Below, one piece after another: positions 26,767 through 34,847 of a DNA stretch of 40,314 bases. A program made the translations under genes and the position numbers. This DNA comes from Gemmatimonadales bacterium. GTDB lineage: Bacteria; Gemmatimonadota; Gemmatimonadetes; Gemmatimonadales; GWC2-71-9. Every line of letters begins with the position of its first letter. The first letter of the stretch is position 1. The stretch is from positions 1 through 40,314 of the forward strand of contig JBFHWR010000001.1 of NCBI GenBank assembly GCA_041599395.1. The letters are read 5' to 3'. Under the pieces are notes generated by a model that worked only from the letters and a program-made list of their open reading frames with translations, did no database searches and was not told the DNA's origin.

Positions 26767-27291
26767 TTACTCCGAGAGGCTCTGGCGCGCAAGCTCGACC
26801 ACGTGGAGAGCGATCTCCGTCGCAGGCAGCTCTCCGACCGCGATCCGATGATCGGCCTGCCGGTAGGCGGGCTCACGTTGGGCGTAGAGGGCCCTCATCC
26901 GGGCCAGAGGGTCCGAACCGCCGAGCAGGGGACGGGTGCCTGGCGCAGCCCGCAGAACGGCGGTTTCCGGCGGAATCTCGAGGTAAACCGTGATCGCCCG
27001 GCCGCGGGCGGAATCGACATTCCCCGCTTGCGCGGCCCAACCACCACCAGGCACGATGACGGCCGGCGACGGGGTGCTCAGGGCCCGGCCGGTCTCCCGC
27101 GCCTCAACGGTTCGGAACCACGGCTCTCCCCGAACCTGGAAGATTTCAGCAATGGAACGCTTCTCGGCCCGCTCGATTTCCCGGTCGATGTCGATCAGCT
27201 CGACGCCGAGGCCTTGGGCGACCAGCGCCCCGACGGTGGATTTGCCTGAACCCGGGAGGCCGATTAAGACGAGGTGCTTGCTCAACCCCAT
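26767..27291 (-). CDS. aroK: Shikimate kinase
   Basis: LIGLPGSGKSTVG P-loop, 174 aa. Confidence 0.9.
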   Translation of the reverse strand: MGLSKHLVLIGLPGSGKSTVGALVAQGLGVELIDIDREIERAEKRSIAEIFQVRGEPWFRTVEARETGRALSTPSPAVIVPGGGWAAQAGNVDSARGRAITVYLEIPPETAVLRAAPGTRPLLGGSDPLARMRALYAQREPAYRQADHRIAVGELPATEIALHVVELARQSLSE

Positions 27292-27312
27292 CTTACCCTA
27301 CCCTTCCTTCGA

Positions 27313-27347
27313 GAGTCGGGAGTCGGGAGCCGGCGGCGGGAGCGGCG
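27313..27347 (+). repeat. Heptamer tract GAGTCGG GAGTCGG GAGCCGG CGGCGGG AGCGGCG
   Basis: Read directly, in the aroC-aroK intergenic region. Confidence 0.5.
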
Positions 27348-27389
27348 ATCCAGCAACTAACCGGGAACCACTATGATCGATCAATCTCA

Positions 27390-27445
27390 AATCGCCGATC
27401 GCCGATCGCCAATCGCCAATCGCTCACCTACCACGTATCACCTAA
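27390..27445 (-). repeat. Eight in-register heptamers AATCGCC GATCGCC GATCGCC AATCGCC AATCGCT CACCTAC CACGTAT CACCTAA (+ strand)
   Basis: Counted base by base. The last unit overlaps the aroC stop codon (27442-27444). Confidence 0.8.
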
Positions 27446-28617
27446 TCTTTCGTAATCCGCCCGACATACGCATCATAATTCGCTCGCATCTCACGCAGCG
27501 AGTCACCACCGAACTTCTCCGCCATCGCGTCGGCGAGCACCAGCGCCGTCATCGCCTCGGCGATCACACCCATGGCGGGCACCGCGGTGACGTCGGATCG
27601 CTCCGACTGCGCCTTGGCCGCTTCACCCGTCGCCACGTCCACCGTGCCGAGCGGACGACGAAGCGTCGAGATCGGCTTCATCGCGACACGAAGGACGAGC
27701 GGTTCCCCGTTGGTCATGCCACCCTCCAGCCCGCCGGCCCGGTTTGTTTCACGCTCGAAGCGTCCGGTCGCGTCCGACGCGCCGGGCGCGATGACGTCGT
27801 GGGTATGTGAACCCGGCCGGCGGGCGGCCTCAAAACCGAGGCCGACCTCGATTCCTTTGACGGCGGGAATCGACATGATGGCGCGTGCGAGCCGACCGTC
27901 GAGCTTCCGATCCCATGAGACGTGTGACCCCAACCCGACAACCAATCCGCGGGCCACCACCTCCACTATTCCGCCCAGTGTGTCGCGTTGTTTCTTCGCC
28001 GTGTCGATTGCCGCCACCATCGCCTCACTCGCGGCGTCATCGAGACAGCGGACGGGTGAGCGGTCTGCTGTTTCGTTGATCGGTTCGGGAAGCTCTCGTT
28101 GCGGCGTCGCACGAACCGCTCCCAATTCCACGACGTGGCTCCCGATCTCGACGCCAAACTCAGCGAGCAGGCGACGGCACACGGCACCACACGCGACGCG
28201 TGCAACGGTTTCCCGCGCACTCGCGCGCTCCAGCACATCCCGCGCGTCAGTCCGGCCATACTTGAGGAGTCCGGTGAGATCGGCATGACCCGGCCTGGGA
28301 CGAGTGACGCGCCGCCGCCGCTTGGTCCCCGCCACATCCGGTTCGGCGGCCATCACGTCCGCCCAGTTTTCCCAATCGCGGTTCCGGATCAGCAGTGCAA
28401 TGGGTGATCCGATGGTTTCTCCCGCCCGCACACCAGAGAGAAACTCGACCGCGTCTGACTCGATCTTCATGCGTGCGCCTCGGCCGTATCCCGCCTGGCG
28501 ACGCGTGAGCTGGCAGTCGACGTCATCGGATACCAGCCGCAGGCCGGCCGGTATCCCCTCGAGAATCCCGACCAGTGCTTTACCGTGCGATTCGCCTGCG
28601 GTCGTGAATCGGATCAT
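27442..28617 (-). CDS. aroC: Chorismate synthase
   Basis: MIRFTTAGESHGKALVGILEGIPAGL N-terminus, 391 aa. Confidence 0.95.
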   Translation of the reverse strand: MIRFTTAGESHGKALVGILEGIPAGLRLVSDDVDCQLTRRQAGYGRGARMKIESDAVEFLSGVRAGETIGSPIALLIRNRDWENWADVMAAEPDVAGTKRRRRVTRPRPGHADLTGLLKYGRTDARDVLERASARETVARVACGAVCRRLLAEFGVEIGSHVVELGAVRATPQRELPEPINETADRSPVRCLDDAASEAMVAAIDTAKKQRDTLGGIVEVVARGLVVGLGSHVSWDRKLDGRLARAIMSIPAVKGIEVGLGFEAARRPGSHTHDVIAPGASDATGRFERETNRAGGLEGGMTNGEPLVLRVAMKPISTLRRPLGTVDVATGEAAKAQSERSDVTAVPAMGVIAEAMTALVLADAMAEKFGGDSLREMRANYDAYVGRITKD

Positions 28618-28676
28618 CTAGACACCACAACGTCCAACGTTCAACGCGGAACCTTCAGTGCTCAGGGAAAACTCCG

Positions 28677-28725
28677 CATTCAAACATCCAACATCCAGCG
28701 TCCAGCGTCCAGCGTCCCACCTAAG
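28677..28725 (-). repeat. Seven heptamers CATTCAA ACATCCA ACATCCA GCGTCCA GCGTCCA GCGTCCC ACCTAAG (+ strand)
   Basis: Counted base by base. Directly abuts the terminator at 28726. Confidence 0.8.
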
Positions 28726-28751
28726 AAAAAGGCCCGACGAGAAGCCGGGCC
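28726..28751 (-). terminator. Intrinsic terminator of the secretin / giant-lipoprotein operon
   Basis: On the minus strand: GGCCCG-9 nt-CGGGCC followed by TTTTT (plus-strand A run at 28726-28730). It lies 29 nt after the stop at 28781. Confidence 0.7.
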
Positions 28752-28780
28752 TTGCAAGTACCACCGGATTCACCTTCGCG

Positions 28781-31700
28781 TCACCGTCGTCGGATATTGA
28801 CGCTCCGCCGACTCCCCATGCCGCTCACTGGGAAGGGGTTGTCGACTTCCGGCAGCTGCACCATCACGACGCCCTCCGCAGTCACACCGATGATGAGCTG
28901 GTCGCCCGACGGGAGCCGCGCCACGCGGAGCGGCCCAATGATCGGATTCTTGACCGGAACGGTGGCGACTCGGCTGAAGAAGAACGTGTCGAACACTTCG
29001 ATGACCGGATTATCCGACGCCATGAAGACCACACGGTTGGTCGAATCCGCCGTGCCGCCGAACGTGCCCGGCGTGCCGCCAATTCCGGCTTCGAACGCGT
29101 GGTCGAAGTTCAAGTCCATACCCGAGTTCTGGCCGCCGACGGCGATCAGGCCCTTGAGACGGAGCGGCTCGTTCAGAACGTACACCGAGTCGGTCGTGCG
29201 AATCAGGTTCGTCAGCCCGTTGAAGTTGATCCCAATCGAGTTGACGCGCGTGGCGGTGTTGCTGATGAAGTCCCGCACCCGAATGCCGGGGGTCACGCCA
29301 AAGTCCCGCTTCTCCGGGCCATCCGGCAACGAGAATGTGGAATCTCCGACAGTAATTTCCCCGCTGCACACCCTGGTGCTGACTGAATCGCTTCCATTGT
29401 ATCCGACAGCCCGAGCGAAGCCTTCGCCGATGACACCGCCCTCGCCGATCAGCGCGTGGGTGAAGTTCCCGGAGTTCCGGACAAACGTCGTGTCGCGGAA
29501 CACGAGCTGCTCGATGTCCACCATGACACCGCAGGAGGCCGCGAGGATGGTTTCCTGTCCGGCAATCGGACCACGATCCACAATCACTTGCAGCGTGTCG
29601 AACGACGGGTCAGGCGGCACCACCGCTTGCTCCCAGAAGAAGTGCGATTCCGAGAACGCAGGTGGACCCGCGGTCAACGATGGGCCGATGTTTTCCCAAC
29701 GGATGGAGCCGCGTTTGGGGAAATCGCCCTGATCGATCGTCGGGGTCGTCGAGTAGACGGCGTAGATCGAATCGGGGTGACACGTCGTCAAGCCCGCAGT
29801 CCGGCACGTCGTACCGAGGTACTGTGGACGGTCTGAGAAATCGTACTCAGTAATCTTGATTTGGATGACGCCGGTTTCTTCGTCGCGCTCCGTCGTCACC
29901 GCTTGGATGATGAAATTGGGCAGTGCATGTCGATTGATTTCCCGACGCGCAGCCACATCCACAATCGAGAGATCCGTGCCGCCGGAGTTTGCGACGACGA
30001 CGCGGTCGTCATTTGCACCGAGGGTGTCGGCCGGCCAGAGCGCAATGCCCCAGGGACGCGACCCAACCGGCACCGGGCTCCCGAACGAGATGGACGCGAC
30101 ATCGAACACCTCGAGCTGTTCGAGGCTGACGTTGGTCATGTAGACTTCATTCAGGTTCCGGTTATAGATCGCATCGGCGATGGTCCCACCCATTGGCAGG
30201 GGTACCGTTCGCCCGGCGACGATCGTCACCGTATCCGCGGCGCCACTGCTCACCGGCAGACCGGTGCGAGAGACCTCGCCGCGGTTCCCAACCGAGTCGA
30301 TTCCAAACGCGGTCACCACGACCTGCAAGGGGAACGTCGTGACCGTATCGAGACCGAGCGCGAACGTCCGGCTGACGTCGGTACTGGTTCCGGCGAAATC
30401 AGCGGAATCCCCGGCCAGCGTGGCGGCGCCGGTCAAATCGGTCACCAGGAACCCGACCCGGGTTATTCCACCCACGTCGATCGCCCGAACGATGATCGAG
30501 TCATCGACTTCTGCGCGGAGATCGACCACGTCTGTGACCAGCGGCGGGACGGTGTCCCCGACTCCTGCGCTGGCGACCAACTCAACGGTGATCGATGAGC
30601 CGGTGCCGGGGTTTCCGACCGAGTCAGTTCCAAACGGGTGGATGTTGAAGAATCCGAGCGGCGTCGCTCCCGGGACCGAGAGCACAAACGTCAGCGTCGT
30701 GTCAGCCACCTGCGGATCGGTCGTCGGAAGTACGACGGTATCACCTGCGACGAGCACGCCGGACGTGAAGTAGCCGAGCTTGCCGATCCCCGTGGCCGCT
30801 TGGCCGCGAATCGTAATCGTCATGTCTTTCCCGGGCGCTGCGACCGAGCTATCTCCGGGAGCGATGATGTTGAGCGCGGGACCGACGACCATCTCGATGC
30901 GTACGCTGTCTTTCGCTGAGTTCCCCGAGGAATCCCGTGCGCTCACCACGATGTAGACGGGCTCCGCCGTCTGCTCGTCGGGATCGGAGAGGAGATCTCG
31001 GGTTATGGTCGTATCCGGCGTCGCCTGAGTGAGCGTCACGCCTTTCGGCCGAAGGCGTGTGACGACGGTGTCCGTGCCGAGGTTTGGATCCCCGCGATGC
31101 GCGACACCGACCAAGGACAGATTGGTTACGCCGCGGTTGTCCTGGACCTGCACGGCCACACGAACGCTGTCGCCCACCCGCACCAGCGTGCCGGGGGATG
31201 GTTGCACAAAGGCAATCGTTGGTGGCACGCCATCCGTGAGCGTCACGCGGCTGGGGGCGCCAAAGAAGCGCTTGCCGATCCCATCGACCGCAAACGGAAT
31301 GACCGTAATGGTCCCGAGGTCTGCGGTCGTGGGCACCGGCAGGCTCAGCATGGCGAGCACGCTATCGTCGGGCGCCCCGGCAAACTCCACCGAATCGGCG
31401 CCGCTGACAACACCGGTTGCGATGAAGCCGGCATACTCCACGTTGTTGGGGGAGCGCGCAGCCACGTCGATCGTCAGCGGCGTCCCAACCGGCTGTTCCG
31501 ACCCGTCTTCCGGCTCTACCACGCGGACGAACGGTCCGCGTACCACCTGAATCGTGGACGTGATGACGGACGAGTTGCCGCCGACGTCCGTGATCGTCGC
31601 TTCGAGGGTCACCCGCTCCGGTGTCGAGTCCGACACATCGGGCAGCAAGTAGCGTTGGAATGTCGTATCGGTCGCGCCGTTGAGTCGAGCCGTTTTCGGC

Positions 31701-32650
31701 ACGAATCGCGTTATCGTGACCGCCGTACCCAGCGCGCTGTCGCCACGAACCACGATACCGCGCAGTCGCACGGAATCGACACCCGTCAAATCCTGGGCCC
31801 GGAACGTCACAAGCACGCTGTCGCCTGCCACGACCATCGAATCCACTGGCGGCGAAACGAAGACGCCTGTGGGTCCGAGCAGATCGATGATGCCGGCGTT
31901 GATGGCCGGCCCGTCTCCCCGGTTGCCGGCCGCGTCGACGGCGAACGTTCCGAGTTGATAGGTGCCCGGATTCAACGTGTCGGGAATCGCAACGCGCAGC
32001 GTATCGGTCACGCCGAACTGCGGCGTTGCATAGGAAACGGAATCCGCACTGATCGTGATGGGCTGGCCCAACGCGTCCAACAAGAAGAGCCGCGCACCGA
32101 CTTTGGTCACCCCCGATGCATCGTTACTCCGCACGATGACTGTCGCGGTGTCGCCCGCGCCGAAGGCGGTTCCCGGTGCCGGAGCCAGTATGGTTTGTTG
32201 CGGCGGGACCGGATCGAACACGGCGATGGTCGTCGTTGCCGAGTTGGCGTTCCCGGCGCCGTCCGTCACGTTCAGACCGACGGTGATCGGCCCACCCGCT
32301 GCGCCGGCTGCAATCGTGATGTCGAAGGTCTTGGTGAAGGACAAGACGGGCGTGGTGAACGTGGTGTCGAACGAAAAAACGACCGCACCGGTGACGACGA
32401 CGCTGACCGTTTTCAACCCGACGTTGTCCGTCGTGCTGACCGTGAACTGGAGCCCCTGATTGATGTCGACGGTATCGACCGCGCTCTGGATGCTTGCCGT
32501 CGGCGGGATATCGTCCGGGACGACTCCTGAGGGGAGGCGCTGCTCGTTGCAGGACACCATCGCAGCCGCGCACGCGCCGGCCAGTACCCACCGGCCGAAC
32601 CGCGCCAAGCGGTTCAATCTCACCGTTGTCTTGTGATTCATTGTGATCAA
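28781..32650 (-). CDS. 1289-aa surface lipoprotein: seven tandem Ig-like (~105-115 aa) repeats followed by a ~475-aa beta-propeller-like region
   Basis: Lipobox AAAMVS|C (Cys34). Repeats delimited by recurring ...D..GN....(V)..P(P) ends at aa ~47-812. The C-terminus has YVTN-like blades (EVYMTN, RVVVANSGGTDLSIVDV, SVYVLN, VVFMASDNPVIEVFD). Starts 13 nt after the secretin stop (TTG 32650 with GAGGA 7 nt upstream; ATG 32641 is the alternative). Confidence 0.85.
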   Translation of the reverse strand: MITMNHKTTVRLNRLARFGRWVLAGACAAAMVSCNEQRLPSGVVPDDIPPTASIQSAVDTVDINQGLQFTVSTTDNVGLKTVSVVVTGAVVFSFDTTFTTPVLSFTKTFDITIAAGAAGGPITVGLNVTDGAGNANSATTTIAVFDPVPPQQTILAPAPGTAFGAGDTATVIVRSNDASGVTKVGARLFLLDALGQPITISADSVSYATPQFGVTDTLRVAIPDTLNPGTYQLGTFAVDAAGNRGDGPAINAGIIDLLGPTGVFVSPPVDSMVVAGDSVLVTFRAQDLTGVDSVRLRGIVVRGDSALGTAVTITRFVPKTARLNGATDTTFQRYLLPDVSDSTPERVTLEATITDVGGNSSVITSTIQVVRGPFVRVVEPEDGSEQPVGTPLTIDVAARSPNNVEYAGFIATGVVSGADSVEFAGAPDDSVLAMLSLPVPTTADLGTITVIPFAVDGIGKRFFGAPSRVTLTDGVPPTIAFVQPSPGTLVRVGDSVRVAVQVQDNRGVTNLSLVGVAHRGDPNLGTDTVVTRLRPKGVTLTQATPDTTITRDLLSDPDEQTAEPVYIVVSARDSSGNSAKDSVRIEMVVGPALNIIAPGDSSVAAPGKDMTITIRGQAATGIGKLGYFTSGVLVAGDTVVLPTTDPQVADTTLTFVLSVPGATPLGFFNIHPFGTDSVGNPGTGSSITVELVASAGVGDTVPPLVTDVVDLRAEVDDSIIVRAIDVGGITRVGFLVTDLTGAATLAGDSADFAGTSTDVSRTFALGLDTVTTFPLQVVVTAFGIDSVGNRGEVSRTGLPVSSGAADTVTIVAGRTVPLPMGGTIADAIYNRNLNEVYMTNVSLEQLEVFDVASISFGSPVPVGSRPWGIALWPADTLGANDDRVVVANSGGTDLSIVDVAARREINRHALPNFIIQAVTTERDEETGVIQIKITEYDFSDRPQYLGTTCRTAGLTTCHPDSIYAVYSTTPTIDQGDFPKRGSIRWENIGPSLTAGPPAFSESHFFWEQAVVPPDPSFDTLQVIVDRGPIAGQETILAASCGVMVDIEQLVFRDTTFVRNSGNFTHALIGEGGVIGEGFARAVGYNGSDSVSTRVCSGEITVGDSTFSLPDGPEKRDFGVTPGIRVRDFISNTATRVNSIGINFNGLTNLIRTTDSVYVLNEPLRLKGLIAVGGQNSGMDLNFDHAFEAGIGGTPGTFGGTADSTNRVVFMASDNPVIEVFDTFFFSRVATVPVKNPIIGPLRVARLPSGDQLIIGVTAEGVVMVQLPEVDNPFPVSGMGSRRSVNIRRR

Positions 32651-32663
32651 ACCGCGTTCCTCG

Positions 32664-34481
32664 TTACGGACTTCGGGTCGAGGAGGCCTCGCTGTCGAGA
32701 ATGTGCGGCGTCACGAGGATGAGGAGATCCTGGCGCTCCTCCCGCCTCCTCGTGTTACCGAACATGCCTCCGATGATCGGCAGGTCCACAAGAAACGGAA
32801 TTCCGCTCTTGGCGACCGTGACTTCCGTCACCGTCAGCCCACCAACCACGGCGGTTTGACCGTCGTTGACCAACAACTGGCTTTGCGCTTCCTGCGTCTG
32901 GAACGTAAACCCGACGTCCACCGGCGCCTCGGTGACCGACGAGTTTTCAACCCGCACGTCCAAGAGAACCTGGCGGCTCTGGGTCACGTGCGGCGTGACT
33001 CGCAGCAGTAATCCGGTTTCGACGATGTTCGTAACGGCTCGGGGCGCTCCGGTGCCCTGCGCGCCGCCCTGTGCGCTCGCATCGATCTGACGAATAGGCG
33101 TTTTCTCACCGACCAGGATGTACGCTTCGGTGTTATCGGCGGTCGTCGTGAGGGGCTCCGCTTGCAGGTCCGCCAGCTCGACGCGCTGCAATGCGTCGAT
33201 AAACGTCGTCAGGTTGAAGTTCCCAATGGCCGTGGAAAAGATCAGGTTGAGCGCGGGCGACAGCACCTGGGATTCCGCATTCGCAATCGCTGCCAGCGCG
33301 TTCCCCCCGAGGTCGATGATGTTCACGTCCTCTTCGAAGAAATCGGTGGACCGTAGCTCGTCCGGAACGCCGTCGCCATCGGTGTCCACCGCAATGGCCG
33401 ACGAGGGATCCGGTCGCTGAACCAGTTTGTTGAAGAATTGATTGGACGTCCCCAAATCGTACTTGACGCCCAACTCTTCAATGTCGGTGCGATCGACCTT
33501 GATCAACTTCGCTTGGATCGACACCTGGGGAGTCGGAATGTCGAGCTGCGCGACGAACGCGGCGGCGTCGGCTACCTGGCTCTGCGTGTCGGTGATGATC
33601 AGGCTGTTCGTACGCGTCTCGGCCACCACGTTGCCACGCGGTGAGACAACGGTCTGCAGGACCGGAACCAGATTGGCCGCGACCGCATAGTTGACCGCGA
33701 CGGTGGTCGTTGTGAGCGGTTCCAGTGAATCGCGAGCCGCGATGGTTTCACGGCTGTCGATTTGAATCAGTCCAATCGGGTCTTCAGTCGCGGACAGCCC
33801 ATACGCGTTGAGGATTCGCTGGAACGCCATGTCCCACGGCTGATCTTGAATCGTGGCATTGACGGACACCTCGACATCGGGCCCGACAATGATGGACTTG
33901 CCGCTGAATGCCGCGAACGCCGCGGCGACGTCCCGGATGTTGGCGGAGTCGTACGTGACGGTGATGCTGGGCAATTGCGATTGCTGCACCGGCGCCGGGG
34001 CAGCCGTGGGTACGGGGTCGGGCCGCGGAACTTCGCCGACGGGGCGTGCGCTCTGCGCGGTTGACGACCACGCTTGAAAGACCTGGTCCGAGCCAAACGT
34101 GATCCGGATGGTCTCGTCCACATACTCGAGTTCGTAATCTTTGAGCGCGTCCAACTCGAGCACGATCCGCACCACGTCGGAGCGAAACTGGGCCGAGCGA
34201 ACGTTCAACACTCCACCCCGGTTGGTACGGTCATAGCGGAGGGCGGGTACCCTGAGCTTCGCGCCCAAAACGTCGACCACGAGCCGCGGCGGGTTTTCCA
34301 GCGTGAAATCTTGTACCGTCACGCTCCCGCGTACATCGATCACGACGTGGGTGCGTCCCGGTCCGGGCAGCACACTGACCGCGGTGACCTCGCCGGGCGC
34401 TGTCGGATCCGGGCCCGCCACTGACGGGGGCGCCGTCACCATGGTTCCGGCGGCGGCTGCCAACACGAGCGACCACCTCAT
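32664..34481 (-). CDS. pilQ: PilQ-type secretin with N-terminal AMIN domain
   Basis: Signal peptide. AMIN-like THVVIDVRGSVTVQDFTLENPPRLVVDVLGA. N0/N1-like modules. C-terminal secretin core (LLRVTPHVT...VVGGL...GIPFLVDLPIIGGMFG...LLILVTPHIL). AGGAGG upstream of ATG 34481. Confidence 0.9.
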   Translation of the reverse strand: MRWSLVLAAAAGTMVTAPPSVAGPDPTAPGEVTAVSVLPGPGRTHVVIDVRGSVTVQDFTLENPPRLVVDVLGAKLRVPALRYDRTNRGGVLNVRSAQFRSDVVRIVLELDALKDYELEYVDETIRITFGSDQVFQAWSSTAQSARPVGEVPRPDPVPTAAPAPVQQSQLPSITVTYDSANIRDVAAAFAAFSGKSIIVGPDVEVSVNATIQDQPWDMAFQRILNAYGLSATEDPIGLIQIDSRETIAARDSLEPLTTTTVAVNYAVAANLVPVLQTVVSPRGNVVAETRTNSLIITDTQSQVADAAAFVAQLDIPTPQVSIQAKLIKVDRTDIEELGVKYDLGTSNQFFNKLVQRPDPSSAIAVDTDGDGVPDELRSTDFFEEDVNIIDLGGNALAAIANAESQVLSPALNLIFSTAIGNFNLTTFIDALQRVELADLQAEPLTTTADNTEAYILVGEKTPIRQIDASAQGGAQGTGAPRAVTNIVETGLLLRVTPHVTQSRQVLLDVRVENSSVTEAPVDVGFTFQTQEAQSQLLVNDGQTAVVGGLTVTEVTVAKSGIPFLVDLPIIGGMFGNTRRREERQDLLILVTPHILDSEASSTRSP

Positions 34482-34559
34482 ACCGTTCCTCCTACCTGCG
34501 CCTCGTTATGCGCCATATGTGCCTACAGATCAAGGAGATACGAGTGTTGCGCGGTTCCA

Positions 34560-34588
34560 ACAGTATGCCTCTCTCCTGGGTTTGTCAA
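34560..34588 (-). promoter_or_regulatory. Candidate sigma70-type promoter for the secretin operon (TTGACA-17 nt-TACTGT)
   Basis: The reverse complement of 34583-34588 is TTGACA, and of 34560-34565 is TACTGT, with a 17-nt spacer. It lies about 80 nt upstream of ATG 34481. Confidence 0.35.
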
Positions 34589-34774
34589 GCTGTGTTTTCC
34601 CGACTCAACTGGTACCAAGTCTCAGGTCGACAGTGACTTACACTGGTCGCGTTCCTCGCCGTTGCTCACTCAACGTGGCGGCGGCGACAGCGAAGCGAAC
34701 GAAGGGAGCCTCGTGACCCACACATTAAGCGCGGGACTGCCCGGAGCGATGTGATCTTGGTCATGAACGAGATG

Positions 34775-34815
34775 AAAAAAACCTGCCGCGCTCCTCGAGT
34801 GGGGGTCGCGGCAGG
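34775..34815 (-). terminator. Intrinsic terminator ending the minor-pilin operon
   Basis: On the minus strand: CCTGCCGCG-16 nt-CGCGGCAGG followed by TTTTTTT (plus-strand A7 at 34775-34781). It lies 32 nt after the stop at 34848. Confidence 0.75.
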
Positions 34816-34847
34816 CTTGGCGGCCGGCATCCGCGAGGCGAGACTCG

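Noticed and set aside
31090-31750. RGD tripeptides in the giant lipoprotein as integrin-binding motifs
   Set aside because: They are conserved between two paralogous repeats, but RGD is a short motif that arises by chance. There is no evidence of a eukaryotic host context. It is mentioned only as a repeat landmark.
28752-32530. Long plus-strand ORFs (28752..29732, 29861..30598, 31097..32530) antisense to the giant lipoprotein gene
   Set aside because: They are Arg/Gly/Asp-rich with no motifs, RBS or signal. Long open antisense frames are expected in GC-rich coding DNA. The minus-strand frame has a clear repeat/domain structure and operon context.
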